DNA from: Octopus vulgaris
Lineage: Eukaryota
NCBI GenBank assembly: GCA_951406725.2
Contig: OX597817.1
Span: 80,972,001 to 81,036,000 of the forward strand
Reading direction: 5' to 3'
DNA length: 64,000 nucleotides
Position numbers and translations under genes: made by a program. Positions 1-12,942 of the stretch are shown here, piece by piece (the first letter of the stretch is position 1; the number at the start of each line of letters is the position of its first letter). Below the pieces are notes generated by a model. That model ran no database searches. It saw only the letters and a list, made by a program, of their open reading frames with translations, and was not told the origin of the DNA.

Positions 1-299
1 GAGTCATTTCTTTTCATAATGTTTCTTCTGACGTTGGCAAGTTTGTTACTGTCTATGTAGGGTCTTACTTCAAAGTTTAAGTAGTTTTGTATAGTATTAG
101 ATTTATTTGTGGGAAGATATATGGCATGATAAGAGGCCGTAAGAACTTCTTTATTATTTCCCCTAGACCATTTTTCATTCTTTTTCTTTTGGTTATTTGA
201 TGACGAGCATGGATGAGCATGTGTTGGAATATTCCCGTTGTGGGGTACTCCCAGCTCCTGTGTTTCGGGAATATTTGAACTAGTAGCTGATATTTCGTA

Positions 300-1290
300 C
301 CGAACCTGGTTCATCATTCGACTACGCGACCCTTGATGTCCCGGATGACGACAAATCTGGTTTGTATTTGGCTTTGTTATGATTGAGGCATGACGAGCTT
401 GAACGTTGACATTAGGAGACGGATCTCTTCATGTAAACATTGCTCGTAACGTAGCTTTTTAAGACTAACAGATCTGTACAACATAATTTTTCAGACCTGG
501 TGTCACAGTACCCACAGTGTCTTCCACATTTAGTAATTAAGGTTATAAAACATTCTATGTGAGACCTAATTAGCTGAATTTGGTGTTCCTGTCAGACAGA
601 GTTGATCAGTATTACTTTTTGGATGGATTGTGGCTTTCTAACTGTTCTACACAAGTTCTGCGAGTTGATTTTTGTCCATTTCAGAATAGCTTAATACTGA
701 CATTGCTTATGCGTAAGTGACTTTAATGATGCGCTTTCCATTTAATTTTGATTCGTGCACCTTCGCAGTTCTCCTTTTGTACTCCATAGTGCCTCTCTCA
801 TATCTCTTTCCATTATCTTATCGTCTTGCAACACTACTTTATCTTCCGGCTTCTCTTCCCAGTTAGAACTTCACACTTACCTGCACCATACTGCATTCCA
901 GTGCTTTACGGAATATTCTGACTGTTTGGAGTAGAGAATTCCGGTCTGTCTCATTTTTTGTATATATCTTGAGATCATCCAAATAAAGTAAGTGATTTAT
1001 TCTTATCTTGGTTTTGGTAAAGTCATAGGCAGACCTGTATTTTCTCAATACAGTTGTAAGAAGGATTAGTGCAATGTCAGAAGAATTAGCGCAATGAGTT
1101 GTCAGAAGGATTAACGCAATGTCAGAAGGATTAACGCAATGTCAGAAGGATTAGCACAATGTCAGAAGGATTACCGCAATATCAGAAGGATTAAGGCAAT
1201 GATTTGTCAGAAGGGTTAACGCAATGAGTAACGGAGAGAGCGAGTCTCCGTGGAAAATGCTCCTATGTATTTTAACGTTACCGTCAGTTC
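300..1290 (-). mobile_element. Decayed RLE-type (R4/Dong-like) non-LTR retrotransposon, reverse transcriptase region
   Basis: Minus-strand peptides IFHGDSLSPLL (GxxQGDxLSPLL RT motif, ~1230-1265) and INHLLYLDDLKIY (YxDD motif, ORF 863-1048). Downstream sequence has stops and frameshifts, so the left boundary is approximate. Confidence 0.75.
1056..1225. repeat. 20-bp minisatellite (GTCAGAAGGATTAACGCAAT, ~8 copies) inside the LINE RT coding region
   Basis: Eight near-identical units read directly; two carry an extra GAGTT/GATTT. Confidence 0.9.
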
Positions 1291-1389
1291 TACTTCTCAT
1301 TCTCTCGTTGCTATTATTATCATTATCAGTATCATTATTATTATCGTTATTATTAGTATTATTGTTGTTGTTGTTGTTGTTGTTCTTGA

Positions 1390-1596
1390 AGGCACGAGCT
1401 AGCAGAATCGGTAGCACGCCGGGTGAAACAATTTGCGGTATTTTGTCCATTTTGATGTTCTGAGTTCAAATTCCGCCGAGGTCGACTTTCCCTTTCATCC
1501 TTTCGGGGTCGATTAAATAAGTACCAGTTACGCACTGGGGTTGATGTTATCGACTTAATCTCTTCCCCCAAGCTGCCCTTGCGGCAAAAGTTTGAA

Positions 1597-1597
<1 letters not shown>
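1390..1597 (+). mobile_element. tRNA-derived SINE family A
   Basis: A-box-like TAGCAGAATCGG and B-box-like GTTCAAATTCC, followed by the family body CCTTTCATCCTTTCGGGGTCGAT...AAGTACCAG, then (ATT)n. Confidence 0.9.
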
Positions 1598-1640
<43 letters not shown>

Positions 1641-1643
<3 letters not shown>

Positions 1644-3330
1644 CAAGATCCCAGACCTTATTCGCCTTCCAGGAGGGGAAGAATTACATGTCACAGTGAG
1701 AGTAGATGGCCACGGTGCCACCTGGGTGGAGCGACTTGAAAGCCTTCTACCCCCAACAGAAGACAGGGAGCCATAGAAGCCCCTTACTGCTAACACCAGG
1801 TTCCCAAAAGCCTCAGCAAAAACAACAACTAAACAACGACCAGTAACAATAGCAGCACCAACCCCGACAACAACGGTTTCATCATCAACAAGAACAGCAA
1901 AACCAATAAACAAAGGAAAATCCCCAACACCAACATCAACAGCAACCCCAGTAACAACAACAACAACCTCGGCAACATCATCAACATCAGCCACAGCAAC
2001 AACACCAGCAACAGATGCACCAGCTTCACTCTCTCTAACAGCAGAAGAGGCAATACATAAGACCACACACATCACCCAGGGGCTTCCTAAACGAAGCTCT
2101 CCCACTCGCTCCCTCTCTCCGTTTACTTCAAATCCCATCGACCGACACCCTGAGTCAGATTCATTGGCAGCACGCAGCGAAAATGAGGGGGAACTCCAAA
2201 AACCAAAAAAGCGTAAAAGAATCATAAAAATACATCAAGTTCCACAGCAACACACAAACCAAAAAAACATAGACAGTCAAAGACACGCCTACAACATCAT
2301 CAATCTCTCTCCTGCGCTACAATCACAAACTGCCCTACCAATACTACCCCAAATGCAACAACCGACCAAAAGAAAACACTCCCTACAGCAACGACCAACC
2401 ACACAAACACCAAACTTCATGCTAGTGAGGCGGTCAAATAAGCAATTGATGAAATTCTTATCACAAAGGAAGAACGTTGAGAGAGAGGGTGTGATCTTTG
2501 GCACCAGCACCTTTCAAGCGCAAGAAATATTGATGTTAATGCGAATGCCTATAGAGGCATGTAAACTCATTAGGGAGAGCTTCCCGCAAGACGTGGTAAT
2601 CCCTAATGTCAAGCCCATGATAACACTTTTAAAGGGATCCCAGAGGAACCCCAACAATTCATGGACGTTGAGTCACCTGACATCCAGCGACACACGAGTG
2701 GTAAGTAGATGTCCCTGTGTGTCTTCTCTAAATTCTGTCCTGTCATAATGGGGTGTTTACGGGTAGAATGTTCGTGGTCTGAAGTCACCCTGGATGCAGA
2801 GTCGCCTGCTCAACGACCTCAGGTCACTATCTATGGATACGACAGCCGTCAGCGAAACCAGGATTTCCGACACACGTGATCTAGCCCCCATTTTTGACAA
2901 TTTCGAGAGCTTAGTCGACCTGGAATGGTGGGGCTGGAAGTGCTGTTAAGGGAAAACCTGGATCGGGGTACGATCTTCTTGGACCCGGAATGTAAGTAGA
3001 TGGTCCTGAATGTAAACAATAGCGAAGGTAGTCTTTCAGACTAGTTGCTGTGTACGCCCCAACAGAGGTAGGACAGCCAGAGTTCTTCAGACATTTGGAG
3101 GTTTTCCTTGGGACATCTCTCTCTTTAGTTCTAATAGGCGATTGGAACGCCATTTTGGATGCAACACCTGGATAGGGTGGGCTAGCTGATAGGAGAGTGG
3201 GGTGAAATAGCCTCACAAACCTGCTCAGTCATTTCCAGTTGGCTGACAGGTGCCGAATGCGCCAATGTGGTCATCGTCAAACAGCACCGAGTCTTCCAGA
3301 TCGTATTTATGATATTCTGTAGAGCAGTAG
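1641..3330 (+). mobile_element. Decayed Tx1/L1-like LINE: ORF1 C-terminal part and start of ORF2 (APE endonuclease)
   Basis: Degenerate zinc-knuckle region (WPRCHL...LKAFYP) near 1705-1755, then a Thr/Pro-rich linker. APE motifs follow: NVRGL (2767-2781), SETR, LVAVYAP (3041-3061) and GDWNA (~3137-3151). Frameshifted. Confidence 0.8.
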
Positions 3331-3631
3331 ATAGAAGTAGCACACATACATAAATACATACATACGTGTGCGTGTGTGTGTGTGTGTGTGCGTGTGTGTG
3401 TGTGTGTGTTCGTCTGTGTACAAAGGAATGACCAAATGAAGCAATATAGCACTCGGGTTATATATATATATAACAAAAAGTATAACATTAAGTTTGGTTT
3501 GTTTGCGTCCCCGTACTTAGCGTTTCTACAAAAGGTTCCGATAGAATAAATACCAGATCTTGAAAAAAATTAAGATAAACGATAAAAACGATAAAAAGTA
3601 TATATATATATATGTGTGTGTACAAACACAC

Positions 3632-3747
<116 letters not shown>

Positions 3748-3905
3748 TTTTGCCAAACACATACAAGACTGGAGATGAACTAGAAAGGTTGGTCATTCCC
3801 CTAAAGTTCCGTATAAATACTTAAATATGATTTCTGATATAGTTTTGACTAAACAATACACACTTTCTCCTATCAAATACTGTCTACAAATTTTCAAATC
3901 CGCTT

Positions 3906-3944
<39 letters not shown>

Positions 3945-4104
3945 CGCAGGAGTGGCTGCGTGGTAGGTAGCCTGCTTATCAACCACATGGTTCCGACTTT
4001 AATCCCACTGTTTGGTACATTGGACAAGTCTCTTCTACTATAGCCTCGGGCGGAGCAAAGCCTTGTGAGTGGATTTGGTAGACGGAAACTGAAAGAAGCC
4101 TGTC

Positions 4105-4158
<54 letters not shown>

Positions 4159-4290
4159 TATTTATTTGTTTATTTATTTATTTAAAATTAAGGATAAAAT
4201 CTTTATAAGAAATTATCAGTAGTTAGCGTGAAAAACCTCGTAAGAGAAAAAATCTGTAAATTTTTCCACTTTGAAAATATTTATTTATAT

Positions 4291-4447
4291 TATATAGAGG
4301 GTACTATTATTCATAGGTACCGCACGCTAGGAGGTACGTTTGCAGTCAAAACTACTAAAATAAACAAATTGTACCGAATTTGTTTATTTTAGTAGTTTTG
4401 ACTGCAAAAGTCCCTCCTAGCGTGCGGTACCTATGAATAATAGTACC

Positions 4448-4456
<9 letters not shown>
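4291..4456. repeat. Fold-back palindrome, ~80-bp arms, 6-nt loop
   Basis: 4291-4370 is the reverse complement of 4377-4456 with two mismatches. Loop is GTACCG; right side abuts (TA)n. Confidence 0.95.
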
Positions 4457-4517
<61 letters not shown>

Positions 4518-4521
<4 letters not shown>

Positions 4522-5216
4522 ACGACCTGGTGGCCATAACCCGAATTTACACAACCAAAAAGGATGGAGTAAACTCAAAACAACAACACACCACGAATTT
4601 CTTTGTAAAATCTTATTAACAATTAAGTGTCAGCATAAACAAACACCCTACATACAAAACAAATATATACGAACAAAATAAATTAATGCTACACTAGACG
4701 TGCAGTCAAAATATTTATAAAGGTAAAATATATATAGTTCAGAAATACGAACTCAGAAACCCGGCTTCACCATCTTCGTTTCATAAACTTGGATTCGTCA
4801 CTCTGGATTCACAAATTGGCCTCACAAATTTGGTTTTCGAACTTTGGACCCAAATATGACAGAAATTATTTTAAAACTGACAAGCAAAAAGTTCTGGCGA
4901 ATTCCTGGAGCTTGAAATAATTCCATAAATGCCTAACACAAAGCACAAAGTGCATAAACTAAACAGGCAATCACAGCTTCCAGAATCCAATTGAATGTTG
5001 TCACAAAAAACTGGGGGTACAATTATGTCTGCTTATAAAGGTTAGCTAAAGCCTAGCCAATTTGTTAGAGTTTCCCAGGCTGGCTATTAACATCTAGCAT
5101 CCCCCATTTTGACAATGGACTTCATCCTGACCTTACAGTGCAGAATGAAAAACTCTCTGCCCGTTTAACTTAAATATACGACAGAACGTCTTTATCGTTT
5201 TAATAATTTCCTAACA
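4518..5216 (-). mobile_element. Probable solo LTR of an LTR retrotransposon (~700 bp)
   Basis: Termini TGTTA...TAACA (TG...CA with short inverted ends). Flanks ATAT/ATGT are a near-match 4-bp TSD. Non-coding and unique here; TATA-like TTATAA at ~5033. Orientation is tentative. Confidence 0.65.
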
Positions 5217-5217
5217 A

Positions 5218-5248
<31 letters not shown>

Positions 5249-5437
5249 GTCCACAGCTTCGCTTGACGACCGATGATCATGTGTTTACGTCCCCGTAACT
5301 TAGCGGTTCGGCAAAAGAGACCAGGCTTACAAACAATAAAGTCCTGGCGTCGATTTGCTCGACTAAAGGCGGTGCTCCAGCATGGCCGCAGTCAAATGAC
5401 TAACACATATAAAAGAATAAAATAAAAGAATAAAAGG

Positions 5438-5474
<37 letters not shown>

Positions 5475-5649
5475 GAGACATATTTACACACACACATACA
5501 CAGATACAGAGACAGTGACGGAGATAATATCTTTTACACTCAATTTCTATTTCTCAAGCTAACAATCTAACTCCCGATTTCACTGCTCCCCTGTCTGTAT
5601 TTTTATACATACATACATACATACATACATACATACATACATACATACA

Positions 5650-5722
<73 letters not shown>

Positions 5723-5959
5723 TCTCCCTCTGACAGTATCATACCCTCTTTGTCACATTCTCCTCCGCCTTTTTCTCTCTCCTTTTTTTCTCCATCCTTT
5801 TTTCTTTATTGTTTATATTGTTTAATATTTTGTTTGCGATGTGACCCAAAGTAAAATCTAATTAAAGGGGTCAAGCCTGATTCTTAAGGACGATAACATA
5901 GGAGGAATTAAGGACCGAAAAGAAAACACTAACAAATTTATAAATAAATGTTGTCTTAA

Positions 5960-6979
5960 TTTCTTTCTTCCTCCTCCTTCTTCTTCTTTTTCTTCTTCCT
6001 CTTCGCCTTCTTCTTGTTCTTCGTCTTCTTCAGACCCAGGCAAACAAATCATGTATTTTAAAAACAAAAGGTATAAATATTCATGACAGATACGGAGTGA
6101 TATCGGTGTTTGATTTAGTTTTTCCGAAAATAAAAATTGAAGGAAGAAGAAAAACAATAAAACAAAATGAAACAAACCAAAAAAAAAAAATTATGAAACT
6201 TACAAATAATATAAAAACAATCAAAAATAATAATTAAGATAACAACAAAATCAAAAACACAAAAGAACATTCAAATAAGACAAAAACTTTGGAAAGAATA
6301 TGTCTTTGTTCGTTTCAAGATTAAATTAAAATCTTACTAATTCTATCATTTAACCTTTATTTTAATCTTATTTTAGTTTCTAAGCTGTTTTACTTTCATT
6401 TCATAACCAAATCTAAGTTTTCGTGGATGTCGTCGACGGTGTTGCTATCTTTATTGTCGTTGTTCTTCTTCTTGTAGCTCTTTTCTTTCGTCCTCTTCTT
6501 CTTGTTTCTCTTCTTTCTGCTCTTCATTTTCATCATCATCATCATCTTCGTCATCATAAACAACAGAAGCACTAGCAGCGTTCTTTTCTTTTTTTTCATT
6601 CTCCGACTCATCTCCCATCGTTACTGTTTCCTTGCTCTTCTTCTTCTTCTTCTTCAATTTCTTCCTTTTCCTCACCTTTTTTTTTTCTAAATCATGTTTC
6701 TTATCAGTCAACAATGATACCAAAGACAGTGGAGATGATAGTGGTGGCGGTTGCAGCGGTTGCGGTGGCAGTGGTGGTGACATTAGTAGCAGTGACATTG
6801 GAGGCGGTGGCAGTGGTGCCTGTGCCAGCGCCGGTGGGGAGGAGTAGTGAGGGTAGTCTGGTAGTGGGGGTAGTGGGGGTATTCGGGTAGTGGGGGTAGC
6901 TAGTGGTGGTAGTGGTGGTAGTCGCGGTGGTGGTGGTGTTGTCGGCGGAGTCTATAAAGCAGTAGTAGGAGGAAAAGGC

Positions 6980-7028
<49 letters not shown>

Positions 7029-8367
7029 CAGCAGCAGCACCAGCAGGTAGCAGGTGGCAGCAGCAGCGGCATTAATAATATTCTCATTACCATCATCTTC
7101 ATTGCCATCATCGGTCTCTTCCCCTTGATCCTCCTCCTCTCCTTCCTCACTGTCATCATCATCATCATCATCATCATCATCACCGAACTTGTCTTCAACA
7201 TGGCCGTTGTTGTCATCGGCGTATTTGTTTCCGTTTGTTTCGTTCTGTTTTTGGTTTTTGGTTTTTTTCTTTTTTTCTTCGGCGATGTCTTCACCACCAA
7301 CTGCTGTAGTTATTATAATAAACAACCACATCAACGTCAACAAACAACAAACGATAACAACAAGCAACAATGTTCATTGTCATGCATATTTTCAGAGAGA
7401 ACTTTTATTTTTTTAAGGATATTTTTCTTTCTGTCTTTCTTTCCATATCCTTTTTTTTCTACGTTTCTTCTATTGTACTTTTTTTCCACACACATGTGTA
7501 TACATGTGTGTGTGTGCTTGTGTTTATGCATGTGTGCGTGTAATCTACACCATACAACGTGTGTATGTATGTATGTATATATGTATGTATGTGTTTCTTC
7601 TTTCTAAGGTTAAAAATGTAGTGACCGCAGATAAAACTTATTCATGGTGTCTGTTGGCAGGTTGAACAAGGGTCATAGACTCTTTAGTAGGTTACAGGAG
7701 GTCATGTACTATTTGCTTTGGCACGTCACTCGATTTCCTAAAGTTAGAAACTTTTGCCAACATCTAATATGGAACGGCCTTGTGAAATCCATTATTCATG
7801 TACTACGACTACTTTTACATTACTACGACTAGAAGTAGTAACTACTACTATTACTACCACCACCACTACAACTACTACTACTATTGCTACTATTGCTACT
7901 ACTATTACTGTTTCTGCTGCTGCTAATGGTAGCAATTGTGGTATTAATTAGCAAACAGTTACGGTGCGTCTTACCAATAAACATACCAGAGAATTAGTTA
8001 TTCCATTCCATTCAAGACCAATATTTGTTATGTGTGTTAGTTGGCTTCAGTTCCTTGTTTTTTGGGGGGCGGTAAGGGGGGGTGTTTTTTTGGTGGTGGT
8101 GGTGGTGTTTGTGTGGGTGAGTAAGAATGTGCTGTGGTGGTGAAAGGAGGAGGAAAAGATTGTTATCGTTTATTTGTTTTTCATTGTTGTTTCTTTTTTC
8201 TATTTCTTTTTTCTCTTTTACTTTTTGGTTTCTGTTTATTTATATATATTTTTTTTTCTTTGGGTTTTTTTTTCTTCGTAGCAGTTTTAACGTTTTTGTC
8301 ATTTGTTTTTATTGAAAAAAAAATCGTTATTCGACTTTACAGCCAAGAGATGACGACAACGATGACA

Positions 8368-8435
<68 letters not shown>

Positions 8436-8605
8436 GGTGATGAGGACGACGACGGTAATGATGGCAATTATGATGATGATGATGATGACCACGATAACGA
8501 AGACAATAAGGGTGATAACGATCATGATGATAATGACAACGATGACGATGACATCGATGACAGCGCACTGCAGATCATGATGTTGATGTCTTCTTCTTCT
8601 TCTTC
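5960..8605. repeat. Low-complexity block of mixed trinucleotide repeats ((CTT)n, (CAT)n, (GGT)n, (TAG)n, (GAT)n)
   Basis: Read directly. Confidence 0.85.
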
Positions 8606-8894
8606 CAATCAGGACTCACGCCATTAGCCACAAAGAATAATCTCTAATTCGAGCCTCCTCTAAGCTACTAAGAATGCGTGTGGCAACTTGAAGATCTACC
8701 AACCACACGCGATAGACCTGCGGTTACACGGGCGCGAAAGCTATGTTGTTATCCTCATTCCGTAAACGGTGGTTTTTAACGGGTGGCGAGCTGAACCATC
8801 CTGGGGTACAGAGGATTCGCAATCTAGACTAGGGTCTGAAAGTTTACCACACCATAGTGGGTTACACCATGGTTCTTCTGCTTTGTGTCATAAG

Positions 8895-9057
8895 TAGGAA
8901 GAAAGAGTGAAAGTTGTGGTGAAAGAGTACAGCGGGGTTCACCACCCTCCCCCGCCGGAGCCTCATGGAGCTTAGGTGTTTTTGCTCAATAAACACTCAC
9001 AATGCCCGGTCTGGGAATCGAGTACGCTGCCCTAACCACTGGGCCATTGCGCCTCCA
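8895..9057 (-). mobile_element. SINE family C, partial
   Basis: Reverse complement of head GGAGGCGCAATGGCCCAGTGGTTAGGGCAGC...TTTATTGAGC...AAACACCTAAGCTCC. Confidence 0.85.
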
Positions 9058-9276
9058 CTTGATGTTGATGTTGCCGTAATTTATGAAAAAAAAATAAATA
9101 AACAGTTAATAATCTTTTCATGGCAAACTGTTCACAGAAATAATAAAATGTGCCTTCTTCCTATTTTCTTGAGTTTAAATCCAAAAAGTAGCCAACTCTT
9201 TCACCGTTCGTATCCATCAGATGGCGACAAAATATGAACGAAAGAAAAGAAGTTTTTGCTTCGGCAACCTGATGTA

Positions 9277-9800
9277 TTGGGTTGTCGGGAAAGTTCGTGC
9301 CGATTTATAGTAGCTTTACGTTTCGACTTACTTTAGAACATGTTTGAGTTCATAAAATAGGATTTGACTACAACTCCATTTAGAGCACAGTTTAAGCTAT
9401 CTTTTCGTGTTAGTTCTTTAACACTTTAAATTGGAAGATAAGAAAGTTCATTTTCGGCACTTGATGCTTTTCTTTTTCCGTAAAGGGAAAAATGCCTCAC
9501 AAGCAACCGAAAAAACATGCGCGGTTTACAGTGATGAAAATCTGTACAGAAGTGGTTCGCAAGGTTCCGACCTGGAGATTGTAGCCTTATTGATAAAGAG
9601 TGATCAGGCAGACCATCCACTACAGATGATAACCAAATCAAGTTATTAATTGAGAATAACCCACATTGCGAATTGGCAGAAAGCCTCAACCTATCAAAAT
9701 CCGTCGTTCATGAGCACCTGGAAAATCTTGGGTAATGGCAAGTATTTATTGACCTTTTTCTTTCCTTTAAAAATCGGCACGAACTTTCCGGACAACCCAA
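9277..9800 (+). mobile_element. Internally deleted mariner (Tc1/mariner) transposon
   Basis: ~30-bp TIRs TTGGGTTGTC(G/C)GGAAAGTTCGTGCCGATTT at both ends, TA on the left. Peptide EDKKVHFRHLMLFFFRKGKNASQA resembles the mariner N-terminal HTH and jumps to a C-terminal-like NGKYL before the right TIR. Confidence 0.85.
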
Positions 9801-10064
9801 AATAATTGAGAAGTTCATTTATGTAATCGGATGGTTCCGAAAACAACGCCATCACTTATTTCTCTGGGCAGGTCTCTTCAATAATAAGGGAAAATAAACA
9901 GACAGAAATTGCAGAAACCACTCAGAAGCTGTTGAAGATAAAACGGAACGGCAAGGTAATTAGTATTTCAAAAATTATACTCTTTCATGTTGTCTTACTT
10001 GTTTCAATCAGTAAAGTTGACCCCAGTACTTTTTTTATTCTTTAACCCTATATTTGTCCCCCAA

Positions 10065-10376
10065 CACCGTGACCAACTAGGCTATCAGATGTTGCTACAC
10101 ATCGCCGATCACAATGCGCTTCGCATTGTTTTAGCCTTCAAATGACGCCACCCCGCTGCCTGAGCGAACAGGCCAACAGAAGAGAGAGTGAGGGAAATTT
10201 GTGGCGGAAAGAGTACAGCAAGGATCGCCACCTCCCCCCCCCCCCACACTGCGGGAGCCTCGTAGAGCTTTAGGCGTTTTCGCTCAATAAACACTCACAA
10301 CGCCCGATCTGGGAATCGAAACCGCGATTCTACAACTGCGATTCCGCTGCCCTAACCACTGGGCCACTGCGCCTCC
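10065..10376 (-). mobile_element. SINE family C, tail type ii
   Basis: Family C head plus tail ...GGGGTGGCGTCATTTGAAGGCTAAAACAATGCGAAGCGCATTGTGA...GCAACATCTGATAGCC. Confidence 0.9.
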
Positions 10377-10404
10377 ACACACACACACACACACATACAC
10401 ACAC

Positions 10405-10441
<37 letters not shown>

Positions 10442-10471
10442 CTCACATACATACATACATATATACATACA

Positions 10472-10525
<54 letters not shown>

Positions 10526-10576
10526 CATATACATACATACACACAGACACACACACACACACACACACACAACATA

Positions 10577-10612
<36 letters not shown>

Positions 10613-10618
<6 letters not shown>

Positions 10619-10740
10619 CTTTTATTAAACTTTTAATACTTTTGATATATATTTAAAATAATATAAATTAATTAATTTTATGTATTGGCTTAAGTTTTTC
10701 ATTGTTTGATTTGCCTAATAGTGGTTTTATCTCTAATTTA

Positions 10741-10746
<6 letters not shown>
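10613..10746. mobile_element. Short (~130 bp) AT-rich insert flanked on both sides by (TA)n
   Basis: Minus-strand start AAATTAGAGATAAAACC resembles the starts of inserts at ~4185 (AAATTAAGGATAAAATC) and ~48275. Confidence 0.4.
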
Positions 10747-10791
<45 letters not shown>

Positions 10792-10913
10792 GACGCACGC
10801 ACAGATCTATCGTCTCACAATTGTATACTCAGAATTCAATCAACCTAAATGGCATCTCGGTAAGCGTATAGCACACACACACTCACACCGACACACACAG
10901 ACACACACATGCA

Positions 10914-10948
<35 letters not shown>

Positions 10949-10991
10949 ATATATTTGCGCGCGCGTGTGTGTGTACACCACATGCATGTAT

Positions 10992-11022
<31 letters not shown>

Positions 11023-11049
11023 CGGATATACGTATTTACGAAACTCTCA

Positions 11050-11093
<44 letters not shown>

Positions 11094-11559
11094 GTAACAT
11101 ACGAATTCACAGCTGCTCATAATACGTTGCTCTCTACACCAGTTTTTGCACCACCATCCCTCCATCCAACTGCTAAAATACGTCCATCTTAAGAAAATAC
11201 GTTCTCAGCAAAGCGTCAATGACTTGAGTATGTCTCTTAGGTCTGTCTATTTCACTGTCACTCTGTGTCTAGCTATCAATCAAACCCTACAACACATTAA
11301 CTGACAACGATCGATGCCTAGATACAGGGAACAATAGAAATAAGGCAACGATGAGAAACATATACTCGAGCAACAAGACATATACAAACGCATAAGCGCG
11401 CGCGAGCTCACATGTACAGAGACAGAGGGAAGCAGATATGCATTTGTATATATGGATGTACGTACGTACGTATGGGTATATGGCTGGCTGTGTGCTTATG
11501 TGTGGTATGTGTATATGTATATATATGAATATATAGTTTTATATGCATGCATTTACATA

Positions 11560-11589
11560 TATTCATCTCTCTTTCTCTCTCTCTCTCTT

Positions 11590-11628
<39 letters not shown>

Positions 11629-11658
11629 TATATATATGTTTGTATATACACACACACA

Positions 11659-11702
<44 letters not shown>

Positions 11703-11750
11703 TACATATGCAATCTATACACATGTACGTATATCAGTGTATGTATGTAG

Positions 11751-11805
<55 letters not shown>

Positions 11806-11982
11806 TATATTCACATATATATATATATACACATATACATATATACACATATATATATATACACACACACACGCACATATATATATGTGTGTGTGCGTGT
11901 ATGTATGTATGTATGTATGTATGCATACATATATATATTTATACACATATGTATATATATACATATATATATGGTTATACAC

Positions 11983-12066
<84 letters not shown>

Positions 12067-12260
12067 ACGTGTGTGTGTGTCTGTAGAGAGAGAGGTAAAT
12101 ATATAGATAATATATGTAAGCATTTACGCATGCGTGTGTACATTTGTGAATGTAAGTATGTATGTAAGTGTGTTTGCATATATGAATGATATATGCTTGT
12201 ATGTGTGCATTTGCACATTTGTGTGTGTATTTATGTGTGTGCATATGTATGTGTATATAT
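11560..12260. repeat. Compound (TA)n/(TG)n/(TATG)n microsatellite
   Basis: Read directly. Confidence 0.95.
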
Positions 12261-12434
12261 CTGTAGTTTGTTACTGAAGCCTATTGTGTTTCCGGGGTTG
12301 TTGATAAAAGATCTACAACCGCTACAGCTTCAACGAGTGAATTAAGAACGAACTCTCTCTTGCCAAAAGTCTACCACTACACATGTTATTCCTTGGATAA
12401 CAGTAAATTTAGATCCTTGCCACTTTACAGCTCA

Positions 12435-12614
12435 TTAAACGTAATAGCGATTTGGAGGCAAAGGAATCACAACTGAATTTGGAGAAAATTCTTCTGCAGT
12501 CTTTTGCATTGATTCATATATGTTGCCGCCTCTTAAAGTACAGTCGATGCTAGGGGGTTCCTCGGCTAAAAGGGAATGATTTGTGGCTCTCGTGTGACCC
12601 ATCTTCATGTGTAG
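12435..12614 (-). CDS. Candidate terminal coding exon (59 aa, receptor-tail-like, ends NIYESM...PPNRYYV*)
   Basis: Non-repetitive open frame directly after a plausible acceptor TTTACTCATATTTAACCAACAG| in phase 0. It carries a Tyr motif (NIYESM) and a hydrophobic C-terminus (YYV). No upstream exons identified. Confidence 0.35.
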   Translation of the reverse strand, partial: LHMKMGHTRATNHSLLAEEPPSIDCTLRGGNIYESMQKTAEEFSPNSVVIPLPPNRYYV

Positions 12615-12895
12615 CTGTTGGTTAAATATGAGTAAATAGCGTCCGACAAGCAACAATTTATTGAATGGTCATAATTTAGACATTCCCAGCGCTCTCTAAC
12701 GTTTTACAAACACTCTGGAGTCTCTGTATCTTATACAATTTTAAGACGCTGTAGTATCTAAGAATTATTAGATGGAACAGAGGCAGGAATTCGATTGTCC
12801 AAATAGATAAAATGTCGTTCTGTCTTCTTTTCGGCTCTCACCTCGCAGTACCTGACTTGTGAGTTCGCACTTAAACAAAGTTTGGAATGCAGTTC

Positions 12896-12942
<47 letters not shown>

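Larger units (their letters stand above)
3942..5435 (+). mobile_element. tRNA-derived SINE family B with internal microsatellite, split by nested insertions (head 3942-4107, tail ~5225-5435)
   Basis: Head GGCGCAGGAGTGGCTG...GGTAGACGGAAACTGAAAGAAGCC and tail ...GTTTACGTCCCCGTAACTTAGCGGTTCGGC...GGCGGTGCTCCAGCATGGCC match the uninterrupted copies at 15870-16243 and 47460-47935. Confidence 0.85.

Noticed and set aside
1056-1225. CRISPR-like array
   Set aside because: The units are contiguous with no unique spacers, and the context is a eukaryotic LINE.
6396-7370. Acidic and Lys-rich minus-strand ORFs with a hydrophobic start
   Set aside because: Built from triplet repeats, open in several frames, with frame switches and no domain or splice support; more likely UTR-like or intergenic low complexity.
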